A stretch of 64,000 nt of DNA from an uncultured Gemmatimonadales bacterium (GTDB taxonomy: Bacteria; Gemmatimonadota; Gemmatimonadetes; Gemmatimonadales; Gemmatimonadaceae): NCBI GenBank assembly GCA_963793305.1, contig CAWBZV010000005.1, positions 1,312,001 to 1,376,000 on the forward strand. Direction: 5' to 3'. The notes under the pieces are model-generated. The model was given only the letters and a program-made list of their open reading frames with translations. It ran no database searches and had not been told where the DNA came from. This document shows positions 9,996 to 19,963 of this stretch, in pieces. Numbering within the stretch: position 1 is the stretch's first letter; every line of letters starts with the position of its first letter. The position numbers and the translations under genes were made by a program.

Positions 9996-11237
9996 ATGGA
10001 CGACCTGTCCGAGAGCGAGATTGTCGCCATCAACCGCCGCGCGCAGACGTTCGAGCGCACGGGCGATCCGGGGGTTCTCTGGCCCGAGGTCGACGAACCG
10101 TCTCGGCTCGCCGCGCTGGCTGAGATCGAGCGTTGCGTCGCCGTCGTTCTCCGTGGCGGGTCGAGTGCGCTCGATGGCGACCCCGCGGCGATAGGGATTG
10201 CCGGTCTCACTTCCGGGACGGGCCCTGGGCTCGGCCTGTGGGCCGCGACTGGCCGTGTGACGACCAGTCCCGAAATCGAGAGAGTGTTGGCGCGCCACCT
10301 CGCTCATGGGCGCGCACGCGCGGAGCGTCTCGATCGCGGCCTCGGCAATGCGTTGGACACGCTCGCGGCTGCGGGCGTATCGTGCACGGTCCTCAAGGGC
10401 ATGCATACCGCGCGCCGCTACTATGCCGAGCCCGGCGCCCGGCCCATGGGCGACATCGATCTGTTCATTCTCCCGCAGTCGCGCCGCGCCGCCGAGCACG
10501 CGCTCGCCAGCAACGGGTGGCGGAGAGGAGAGCGCCAACGCCGGCCGTACAAGTGCAATTGGCATCCGCCCGGCGTCGATGCGCGGATTCGCGGGCTCGA
10601 TCTCGTGCACACGTGGGACCCATGGAGCGTGGAGCTGCACACGTCCCTGGATCGCATTTTCGCCCCCGGTCGCCTGGCGCGACTGCCCTTGAGAGCCGGC
10701 GACGACGAGCCGTGGACGATGGCCGGAAGACCGGTGCGCGTACTCGTTCCGCCGATGCTCATCGCGTACCTCGCGGCGCACGCCTCGGAGGAGTCCCACG
10801 CGACGCGACTGCTGCGCGTGGTGGAGCTCGTGCTCGTGGCCCGAGACGAGACGGCGCGCGGCCGCCTCGCGTGGCGCGACGTGAGCGCGCGTCTGGCGGC
10901 GACCGATAGCGCGGGCTTCGCTTTTCCCGCGCTCGCTTTCGCCGAGCGACTCGTGCCCGGCACGGTCGACCCCACGGCGCTCGCCGAGTGTTCGGCGGCC
11001 GCGGGTCCGCGCGTGCGCGCCCTCGTCGAGGCTGACAGCGCCGCCGACAGCGCGCCGCTGGAGCGCGTGCGCGTGGCCGAGAAGTTCATGTGGTCGCGCG
11101 GCCCCGCCGACACTGCTCGCCGACTCGGCCTCATGCTGTGGCCCAAGGCGAGCGGATCGTTCGGCGATATGGTGCGCACGTACGCCCGGCGCGCCTATCG
11201 GCTCTGCCATGGCCGCTTTACCGGGTCGCGAGAATAA
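9996..11237 (+). CDS. Nucleotidyltransferase family protein (NTP_transf_5-like)
   Basis: VLKG..RPMGDIDL (DxD) and VELH motifs. Confidence 0.8.
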   Translation: MDDLSESEIVAINRRAQTFERTGDPGVLWPEVDEPSRLAALAEIERCVAVVLRGGSSALDGDPAAIGIAGLTSGTGPGLGLWAATGRVTTSPEIERVLARHLAHGRARAERLDRGLGNALDTLAAAGVSCTVLKGMHTARRYYAEPGARPMGDIDLFILPQSRRAAEHALASNGWRRGERQRRPYKCNWHPPGVDARIRGLDLVHTWDPWSVELHTSLDRIFAPGRLARLPLRAGDDEPWTMAGRPVRVLVPPMLIAYLAAHASEESHATRLLRVVELVLVARDETARGRLAWRDVSARLAATDSAGFAFPALAFAERLVPGTVDPTALAECSAAAGPRVRALVEADSAADSAPLERVRVAEKFMWSRGPADTARRLGLMLWPKASGSFGDMVRTYARRAYRLCHGRFTGSRE

Positions 11238-11498
11238 AAGCGCGGTGTCCGCGGTCTCCGTACCGAGGGCCGTGTGGCCGAGGCGAGCTGAGCGATAAAG
11301 GGGCGCATAGCGGATCTGCGAACGCTAGACGGCCCGGACTCGTCTTGCGACGGAACATGGGCGAACGACGGCTGAGGTGGGGTGAATGACGCGTACCTGC
11401 GCGTCATTGCGTAGCGCACGCTGGCCGAGGAGCGAGGCGCAGCCGAGCGACTGAAAACCGACTTCTACGCGAGCATCGCGAGCGTAGATTTCGCGGCT

Positions 11499-12653
11499 AT
11501 GCCAAGCACGGCGGCGGCCAGAAGCGCACTCCGCTTTGTCGTACTGCTCGGCGTTGTGAGTCTGTTCGCCGACATGACATACGAAGGTGGGCGCAGCATC
11601 ACGGGTCCGTGGCTCGGGGCCCTCGGCGCGAGCGCCGTCGTCGTCGGCGTCGTGGCCGGCGCGGGTGAGCTGATCGGCTACGCCCTGCGCCTCGTGTCAG
11701 GCGTCTTTGCCGATCGCACGCATCGCTATTGGGCGACGACGATCGTCGGGTACGCGATCAATCTCTTCGCCGTTCCGCTGCTCGCCCTCACGGGTACGTG
11801 GCCAGCGGCCGCGGCGCTGATCATTACTGAGCGCGCTGGCCGTGCCATCCGCAAACCGAGCGGCAATGCGATGCTGTCTCACGCCGGCGGCGTGATCGGA
11901 CACGGCTGGGCCTTCGGCTTACGCGAGGCGCTCGACCAGACCGGCGCCGTACTCGGCCCGCTCACCGTCGCATTTATTCTGGCGCGGCAACTAGGCTATC
12001 CCACGGCGTTCGCATCACTCGCCGTGCCCGCGGCGCTGTCGTTCGTGTTTTTGCTGATCGCCAGCCGGCAGTTTCCGCGTCCGCGGGATTTGGACGTGAA
12101 GACGCCACCGGCTATTGTCGCCGAGCCCAGGCGCTTCTGGATCTACACCGTCGCCGGCGGACTCGTCGCCGCGGGCACCGTCGACTTTCCTCTCGTCGCG
12201 TTTCACCTCGCGAAACACCACGTCGTGACGCTCGCGGGCGTTCCGCTGCTGTATGCGTTGGCGATGGGAGCGGCCGCCGTGTCCGCGCCCGCGATTGGCA
12301 TCCTGATGGACCGGCGCGGGATGCCAGTCCTCGTCGGCGCCGTCGTCGTGACCGCTGCCGCGGCCCCACTACTATTTCTCGGGGACACGCGCTGGGTCGT
12401 CGCTGGTGCGGCCGTCTGGGGCTTGAGCACGGCGCTCCAAGACGCGACGATTCGCGCCATGCTCGCGCGGCTGGTCCCGCCAGACCGCCGGGCAAGCGCG
12501 TATGGCATATTCGACAGCGTCTTCGGCGTCGCTTGGTTCGTCGGCAGTGCCGCGATGGGTGGGCTGTATGTTCTGGCGCCGGTCGATCTCGTGATCTGCT
12601 CGGTCGTACTGCAGTTGGCGAGCGTTCCTCTCTTTCTCCTAGCGCAACGATGA
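11499..12653 (+). CDS. MFS transporter
   Basis: ~12 hydrophobic segments; SLFADMTYEGGRS, G..ADR, GxxMDRRG. Confidence 0.9.
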   Translation: MPSTAAARSALRFVVLLGVVSLFADMTYEGGRSITGPWLGALGASAVVVGVVAGAGELIGYALRLVSGVFADRTHRYWATTIVGYAINLFAVPLLALTGTWPAAAALIITERAGRAIRKPSGNAMLSHAGGVIGHGWAFGLREALDQTGAVLGPLTVAFILARQLGYPTAFASLAVPAALSFVFLLIASRQFPRPRDLDVKTPPAIVAEPRRFWIYTVAGGLVAAGTVDFPLVAFHLAKHHVVTLAGVPLLYALAMGAAAVSAPAIGILMDRRGMPVLVGAVVVTAAAAPLLFLGDTRWVVAGAAVWGLSTALQDATIRAMLARLVPPDRRASAYGIFDSVFGVAWFVGSAAMGGLYVLAPVDLVICSVVLQLASVPLFLLAQR

Positions 12654-13834
12654 AAGCAGCGATACAGGCACTCGGCTCCGGCCCTCTCACCGAGGCCGCA
12701 CTCGCGAAGCACATCTTTCCGTTGTTCTCGCGAGCACTCGACACCGATCGGATCTATCTCGAGAACCACTCCCTCGGCCGCCCGCTGGATCAAAGCACTG
12801 ATGACATGCGCGAGGCGTGCGATCTGTGGCAGTCGAGACTCGGCGATGCCTGGGATGCGTGGCTCGCCGAGCGCGAATGCTCCCGCGCCCGGTTCGGCCG
12901 CTTGATCAACTCGCCACGCGCCGACTGCGTGGTGCCCAAGACATCCGCGGGCCAGGGTCTCCGCACGGTCCTGAACGCGATGCCGGGCACGCCCCATGTC
13001 ATCAGTACCCGGGGCGAGTTCGACTCCATCGATGTGATCCTGAGGCAATACGCCGCGATGGGGCGTATTCGCGTCACCTGGGTCGAACCGGATGTCGATG
13101 TCCTGATCGCAGCGCTGGAACCAGGCGTGGACCTCGTCGTCGTCTCGCAAGTTCTTTTCATGACTGCGCGCATCCTACACGGCATCGATCGGCTTGCCGT
13201 GGCATGTCACGCAGCGGGTGCGCGCCTCTTAGTCGACGCCTATCACGCCGTTGGCGTATTCCCCGTTGATGTGACGGAGATGGGCGCGGATTTTCTGATT
13301 AGCGCCTCGTATAAGTATCTCCGTGGTGGCCCGGGGGCGGGATTCTTGTATATCTCGCCCGAAGTACTGGACAGCGGGTTCATGCCGTTAGACACGGGCT
13401 GGTTCGCCAAGGAAGACTTTTTTGCATTCGAGCGCCCGGATCCACCGCGATTCGCCAAGGGCGGCGATGCGTTCCACGAGTCGACACCCCCGATTTTTAC
13501 GTATTATCAGGCGAGAGCTGGGCAACAGTTCGTGCTCGAGATGGGAGTCGCCCGCTTGCGACTGTATAGTCTTGAGCAACTGTCGCGATTCAAGTCGTAT
13601 CTCGCGGATGCTGGTGTCGAAGCCGAGGGCAGCGGCCCCGATTATGGCGCCTTTCTCACGATCCGAGCGGACAATGCGCGCGAGCTGGCCCAACGTCTCG
13701 CCGAGCGCGGGGTCGACGTCGACGCGCGCGGGCACTTGGTACGCGTGTGCCCGGATTGCCTCACGACCGACGAGGAGATGCAGCGCGCGGCGCTCTCTAT
13801 AGGTCTCGTTGCCTCGACCCCCGCTCGCTCGTAA
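12650..13834 (+). CDS. Class V PLP enzyme, kynureninase-like
   Basis: YLENHSLG, DAYH, SYKYLRGGPG (PLP lysine); ATGA overlap with the MFS gene. Confidence 0.75.
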   Translation: MKAAIQALGSGPLTEAALAKHIFPLFSRALDTDRIYLENHSLGRPLDQSTDDMREACDLWQSRLGDAWDAWLAERECSRARFGRLINSPRADCVVPKTSAGQGLRTVLNAMPGTPHVISTRGEFDSIDVILRQYAAMGRIRVTWVEPDVDVLIAALEPGVDLVVVSQVLFMTARILHGIDRLAVACHAAGARLLVDAYHAVGVFPVDVTEMGADFLISASYKYLRGGPGAGFLYISPEVLDSGFMPLDTGWFAKEDFFAFERPDPPRFAKGGDAFHESTPPIFTYYQARAGQQFVLEMGVARLRLYSLEQLSRFKSYLADAGVEAEGSGPDYGAFLTIRADNARELAQRLAERGVDVDARGHLVRVCPDCLTTDEEMQRAALSIGLVASTPARS

Positions 13835-13845
13835 ACTGATGAGAC

Positions 13846-14241
13846 ATGGGCGTCCCGATTCTGATCGTTGACGATAATCCGCTCAACGTCAAGCTGGTCC
13901 GAGTGTTGCTGGTAACCAGCGGCTACGATGTGCGCACCTGCGCGGACGCCGAGGAAGCGCTCGAAACGTTACAGTCGTTCCGACCGAGCGCGATCCTCAT
14001 GGATATCCAACTGCCAGGAATGGACGGCCTCGAACTCACGCGTCGGCTCAAGTCCGACCCTGAAACGCGCGATATCACAATCATCGCCCTCACTGCGTAT
14101 GCAATGAAGGGTGATGAAGAGAAAGCGCGCGCGGCCGGCTGTGACGGATATCTCACGAAGCCCATTGACACCGCGTCCTTTCCCAGCGTGTTGGCGGGAT
14201 ACCTATGCCGTACACAATCCTCGTCGTTGAAGACAACCTGA
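13846..14241 (+). CDS. Single-domain response regulator (DivK-like)
   Basis: ILIVDDN, LMDIQLPGMDG, ALTAYAMKGD, TKP. Confidence 0.92.
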   Translation: MGVPILIVDDNPLNVKLVRVLLVTSGYDVRTCADAEEALETLQSFRPSAILMDIQLPGMDGLELTRRLKSDPETRDITIIALTAYAMKGDEEKARAAGCDGYLTKPIDTASFPSVLAGYLCRTQSSSLKTT

Positions 14242-17200
14242 TCACGCAGAAAATGATGGTGGTCACGCTGCGCGCCGAAGCGTACCGCGTGATCGGCGCC
14301 GCCGATGGCCGGTCGGCGTTGGCGCAGGTTGCCGCCGAAGAACCCGATCTGATTCTGCAGGATCTCATCCTGCCCGACATGGACGGGATCGAGCTCGCCA
14401 AACGCATCCGCGCGCTCGATGCCGGACGCGATGTGCCGATCATCGCGCTCTCGGGTCTCGCCTCGAAGCTCGAGGAAGCACAAGCCGCCAGCGCGAACTT
14501 CGCGCGGTTGCTCTTCAAACCCGTCGAGACCGCGCGGCTCGTCGCCGAGATTCGCAGCGTGCTCCCGGCGCAGGACACGCGCTCCTCCACGCCACAGACC
14601 GCACGGCGCGTGCTCCTCGTCGATGACGACCCCGTGCAGCTCAAGCTCTATCGCCTCCAGTTGGAGGAGCGCGGATTCGTCGTGCGCACCGCTGGCAACG
14701 CCGCGCAAGCGCTCGGCGCGGCTCGCGACGAGACGCCCGATGCCATCGTGTCCGATCTCATTATGCCCGGCATGGACGGGATGGAGCTCTGTCGCACGAT
14801 CCGGCATGATCCCGAGCTGGCGCACGTGCCGTTCATCCTGACCACGGCCAGCGGCTCGTCGGTCGAAGAGGGTGACGAGCATCTGGCGGCAGGGGCCGGC
14901 GTGAACGCCTTCGTGCCGCGGACCCCGGATCTCGACCACGTGCTGCATGCGCTCACGAATAGCTTCACCCCTGGCGCACGCACACCTGGAGCAACGGCGA
15001 CGCACGATCTGGCCGAGCGGAAGACGCAGATCGCCGCGCGCGTGATGCGGGAGCTCGAGCACCAAGCGTCGCTCAACCAATCGCTCACGCGCGAGCTGGC
15101 GATGAAGACGGCGCAACTCGGCATCATGACCGCGGTGGCCGACGTGCTCGCCAGCAACGCCGATCTCGACTCGATGCTGCACGAGGTGCTCGCCAAAACG
15201 CTCGATGCCGCCGGTGTGTCCATTGGCGCGATCTATCTGAGCAACGGTACGTCCAAGATCCACCTCGCCTGCCAGATCGGATACCCCGCCTCGTCGGCCA
15301 CCGACTTCGACGGTGCGCTCGCCGACGTGCTCTCCAGTGGCAATCCGATGCAGGTCCGGAGCAGTGCGTTCGGCGACCCGGGCTTGTTCACGCTGCTCCC
15401 GCTGACCGTCGGCGGAGAACGACTCGGGGTGTTGGGCCTGGCGTCGGCCCAACGACACTTGGGACGCGACTGGCTCCGCATGGCGGGCAGTGTGGCCTCC
15501 CAGATCGCGCAGTCGATCGCGCTCACGCGCTCCGTGGGTCGGATGCGAGAGTCCGAGCAACGGTTCCGCACCGTCTCGGCCAACGCACCCGTCGGCATCT
15601 TCGAGTGCGATGCCACGGGCCGGCTGCGCTACGCCAACCAGCAATGCCAACCGCTCTTCGGCCGGGCGGCTGCCTGGATTGACGCGGTGTTCCCGGAAGA
15701 TCGCGGAGCGGTCGCGTTGCGCTGGCGGGACGCGATCGATGCCAACCGCGATTTTGCCGTCGAATGTCGGTTCGGCGCGACCGACGGGCCAGTCCGTTGG
15801 GCCGGCGTCCGCGTCGCCGGCGGCTTCGGGACGATCGCCGATGTGACGGACAAGAAGGTGGCCGAGGAAGCGCTCCGCCAGAACCTGGAGTTGCTGCACG
15901 CGGTGACCGAGGGCACGTCCGACCTCATCGTCGCCAAGGACCTGACGGGCCACTATCTCATGGCCAATTCGGCCGCCGCTCAAGTGTTCGGGTACCGTCA
16001 GGGCGCGATCACGGGTCGCACGGATGGCGAGCTCTTTGCCCCGGACATGGCGCAGACCATTCGCGCGTCGGACTATGACGTCGCGTTCACGGGCGAGACG
16101 AAGGTCTACGAGGAGACGTTCGCGTCCCGTCCGTATCTCTCGTCAAAGGGCGTGCTCCGCTCGCCTGACCAAAGCGTCACCGGTACGTTCAGCATCTCGC
16201 GCGACATGACGGAGCACAAGGCGCTCGAAACGCAACTCCGCCAGGCCCAGAAGATGGAAGCGGTCGGCCGGCTCGCCGGCGGCGTCGCGCATGATTTCAA
16301 CAACATGCTGACGGCGATCATGAGCTACGCCGAGCTGCTCGGCGTGGACCTGCCGGAGGACGTCGCCCTGCGCGAGAACCTCGATGAGATCCGGCAGGCC
16401 GCGCGCCGCGCTGCGGGGCTCACACGCCAGTTGCTCGCCTTCAGTCGCCAGCAGATCCTCGAGCCGCGCGTGCTCGACGCCAACGATGTCGTCACCGGCC
16501 TCGAGAAAATGCTGGTCCGCATCATCGGCGAGGACGTTCGAGCTCGTGACGAAGCTCACGCCGGGCATCGGTCACGTGCGGGCCGATCCGGGCCAGGTGG
16601 AGCAGGCGATCCTGAATCTCGTGATCAACGCGCGCGACGCCATGCCAAGCGGCGGGCGCCTGGTCATCGAGACCGGGGACGTGGAGCTCGACGAGAAATA
16701 TCTGAGCGACCACGGCGTCCACGGCCTCGGCCCGTATGTCATGATCGCGATCACGGATTCAGGGCAGGGGATGGACAAGGCGACCCAGGCCCGAATCTTC
16801 GACCCGTTCTTTACGACGAAAGAGCAGGGCAAAGGCACCGGACTGGGTCTTTCCACGGTGTACGGGATCGTGAAACAGAGCGGCGGGTTCGTGTGGGTCT
16901 ACAGCGAGCCGGGCCAGGGTGCGACGTTCAAGATCTACCTCCCGCGGATCGATGACCCCGTGGAGAGACCGGTAGCACCGACGGCTGTGCGCGCGACTGG
17001 CGGCCGCGAGACCGTGCTGGTCGTGGAAGATGAAGAGGCGCTGCGGAAGGTCGCGGAACTGATCCTGATGCGCGACGGATATACTGTGTTGGTGGCATCG
17101 AGCGGCGACGAAGCGCTCTCGCTGGCCAAGGATTTCCCGAAGCCGATCGACCTGATCGCGACGGACGTGGTCATGCCCGGGCTCGCTGGCCGGGACCTCG

Positions 17201-17370
17201 TGCGCCGCCTGATCGCCATACACCCGAACGCGAAGGTCCTGTTCATGTCTGGCTATACCGACGACGCCATGTTGCGGCATGGCATCCCGGAGCCAGGCAC
17301 CGCGTTCCTGCAAAAACCGTTCAGCGGTCTCGCCCTCACGCAGAAGATTCGCGAGATTCTCGACGGCTGA
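14205..17370 (+). CDS. Hybrid sensor histidine kinase (REC-REC-GAF-PAS-PAS-HisKA-HATPase-REC), split by a +1 insertion at 16533-16539
   Basis: GGVAHDFNN H-box in the first frame; NARDAM, FDPFFTTK, GTGLGL and a C-terminal REC domain in the second; span is 3n+1. Confidence 0.88.
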
Positions 17371-17436
17371 CCGTCTAGGTCATCTAATCATAAAGTATGA
17401 TAGCGGTAGCTTGCCTTTTGTAGGCATACTACTGCG

Positions 17437-19959
17437 ATGAAAATCCGCGCACTGGTATTCCTCCTCGCGGGGGCAACATCGGCGTCCGCGCAGTCAGTGA
17501 CGCCTGACTCGGCGACCGTCACGCCGGGTCCCGAGTACCAAGCGAATGGCCTGACGCGCTTCCTCGTCGGCAACGGCTATCGCGACCTCTGGACCTTGCC
17601 GATCAAGGTCCCTGTCCTTGACATGGATCATTTCGCCGGCGGCCTCACGCCACTCAAGATTGGCTCCTCCGGCGGCCAGACGTGGTCGCTGCACACGAGG
17701 GGCGCTGACGGCGAAGAGTACGTCCTGCGTTCCGTCGACAAGCACGTCAAGCTCGGCCCCGAAGTGTCGTCGGGCGTCCCGGCGTGGCTGCTGCGCGACC
17801 AGATCAGCGCCGGCTTCGCGACCGGCGCGCTGGTCGTGGCGCCCATCCTCACGGCCGCGCACGTCCCGCATGAGGATCCCCTCCTCGTCGTCCTCCCCGA
17901 CAATCCTCGCCTCGGCGAATATCGCAAGCAGTTCGCCGGACTGCTCGTCTGGGTCGAGCACCGTCCGCGTAGTGATGACACGTCGAAGATCTCGAAGACC
18001 GAGAAGATGATGCAGGAGATCTCGACTAAGGTCACGGAGCGCCTCGATAGCCGCGGGTATCTCACGGCACGTCTCATGGACATGTACGTGGGCGACTGGG
18101 ATCGTGGCCATCTACAATGGTTCTGGGAGCGCACGGGTGAGAAGCACGATCATCTGTGGCGCGCGATTCCGCACGATCGCGACTGGGCGTTCGCGAACCA
18201 CGACGGCCTCCTGTACTACCTCGTGCGGCAGACCACGCCGTGGTTCGTCAAGTACCAGCCCAAGTATCCCAAGCCGATTGGTCTCGAGGCGAACGCCTGG
18301 GGGCAGGATCGTCGCCTGTTGCAAGATCTCGAGGAGCCCGTGTGGGACTCCACGGCGCAGTGGCTCAAGTCGGTGTTGACCGATGCGGTCATCGACAATG
18401 CGGTCAAGCAGCTCCCGCCCCCCGAGCGGGCGCGGTACGGCGCGCAGCTCGTCAAGGCGCTGCGCGCGCGGCGCGATGCGTTGCCGTGGCTGGCGAGCTC
18501 ATTCTTCCGGACGGTCGCCGCGCAGGCGGACGTGCACACCGTCACGGTCCCGTCGGTGATCGACATTCATCGCTCGGGCGATACCGTGGAGATCCGCGCG
18601 CGCTCGCGTGGGGACGATGCGGAGACGTACTACGATCGACGCTTCAACACCGGGACGACGCGCGAAGTGCGCCTCTATGTGGACGGCGGCCCGGACAGCA
18701 TCGCCACGTCGGGGAGCGGCAATGACATGCTGGTACGGGTGATCGCCAATGGCGATGGCGACGTGATCGCCGACCAGTCCAACGGCATCCAAGTGTACGA
18801 TGGCGGGCATCGCGTGCGCGTGCTCGCGGGGGATCCGGAGACGAATCACGCATTGTACGCCGCGCCCCGGTTGCCGGCTGGCACGCCGGAGGCAGACCGT
18901 CAACCCGTCAGCTTCCTGCTGCGCGATGCGGGGTCGTGGTGCATCCCGACCAATCCGGCTTCGTTCAGCTCGACGGCTGGGTTTACGCTCGAGAACGGGA
19001 TGGACTGTCAGGCGTACGGATTCCGGCGGATTCCGTGGGCGATCGACAACGTCATCAACGTGGGCTTCACGTTCGGCCCGGGTGGCATCGTCGGGGACTA
19101 CACGGGATCCATACGCGGCGTCGGCGGGTCGCCCATCTATTCGTTCCATATCGAGGGGACGTCGGCCGAGTATACGTGGTTCTATGGGATCGGCAACGGG
19201 ACCGGGCATCCGCTGACGGACGACAGTTACCGCGCGCGCGAATCGCGCGTGACCGTCGCGCCCTCGGTCGGGATCGAGCCGATCTCGCATCTCACGCTCA
19301 CGATCGCGCCCGAGCTGCGATATCGGGACGCCGAGCAGATCCTTCCCGCGTACTTCGCGACGACGCCGCATCCGTACGGCAGCGGCCAGTTCGGCGTCGT
19401 CGACGGGAAGTTCAGCGCGGTCTATGACACGCGCGGTACGATGTACGCCGACTCCAGCGGGTTCCGCCTCGAGCTCTCCGGTCGCGGTGTTCCCAGCGCC
19501 TGGGATGCGACCTCGGCGTACGGCACGGCGCACGCCGAGATCGCGGGGTTCGCGCTCATTCCGAAAACGCCATTGACGATCGACCTCCGCGCCGGCGGCG
19601 ACAAGCTGTGGGGCCCCCTCGCGCCGTACCAGGATCTGCCGCACATCGGTGGCATTGGTACCGTACGCGGGTTCTTCCCCGGTCGCTTCACGGGCGACGC
19701 GGCACTATACGAGGAGTCCGAGCTCTTCCTGACGCTCGGACACATCACGCTCGTCGCGCCGAGCGAGATCGGCATCCTCGGCTTGAACGACGTCGGCCGG
19801 GTCTTCGCCTCCGGCGGGACCAACGCATCGACGTGGCACGATGGCTACGGCGGCGGCATCTGGGGGGCGTTCCTCGACCGTCGCTACATCATCACGCTCA
19901 CCATAGCCCACAGCGTCGAGCGGACCGTCGTCGACGCTGGCTTCGGACTCGGCTGGTAA
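17437..19959 (+). CDS. Outer-membrane protein: signal peptide, kinase-like domain and BamA/TamA-like beta-barrel
   Basis: Signal peptide ending ASA; VRGF..GRFTGD, DVGRVF, GYGGG and a terminal W, typical of Omp85-type barrels. Confidence 0.7.
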   Translation: MKIRALVFLLAGATSASAQSVTPDSATVTPGPEYQANGLTRFLVGNGYRDLWTLPIKVPVLDMDHFAGGLTPLKIGSSGGQTWSLHTRGADGEEYVLRSVDKHVKLGPEVSSGVPAWLLRDQISAGFATGALVVAPILTAAHVPHEDPLLVVLPDNPRLGEYRKQFAGLLVWVEHRPRSDDTSKISKTEKMMQEISTKVTERLDSRGYLTARLMDMYVGDWDRGHLQWFWERTGEKHDHLWRAIPHDRDWAFANHDGLLYYLVRQTTPWFVKYQPKYPKPIGLEANAWGQDRRLLQDLEEPVWDSTAQWLKSVLTDAVIDNAVKQLPPPERARYGAQLVKALRARRDALPWLASSFFRTVAAQADVHTVTVPSVIDIHRSGDTVEIRARSRGDDAETYYDRRFNTGTTREVRLYVDGGPDSIATSGSGNDMLVRVIANGDGDVIADQSNGIQVYDGGHRVRVLAGDPETNHALYAAPRLPAGTPEADRQPVSFLLRDAGSWCIPTNPASFSSTAGFTLENGMDCQAYGFRRIPWAIDNVINVGFTFGPGGIVGDYTGSIRGVGGSPIYSFHIEGTSAEYTWFYGIGNGTGHPLTDDSYRARESRVTVAPSVGIEPISHLTLTIAPELRYRDAEQILPAYFATTPHPYGSGQFGVVDGKFSAVYDTRGTMYADSSGFRLELSGRGVPSAWDATSAYGTAHAEIAGFALIPKTPLTIDLRAGGDKLWGPLAPYQDLPHIGGIGTVRGFFPGRFTGDAALYEESELFLTLGHITLVAPSEIGILGLNDVGRVFASGGTNASTWHDGYGGGIWGAFLDRRYIITLTIAHSVERTVVDAGFGLGW

Positions 19960-19963
19960 TGGC

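Noticed and set aside
16533..16539. Programmed +1 frameshifting at GAC-GTT-C as the main explanation
   Set aside because: The same in-frame heptamer is read normally in aroA and rpsI, and other +1 errors occur without the motif
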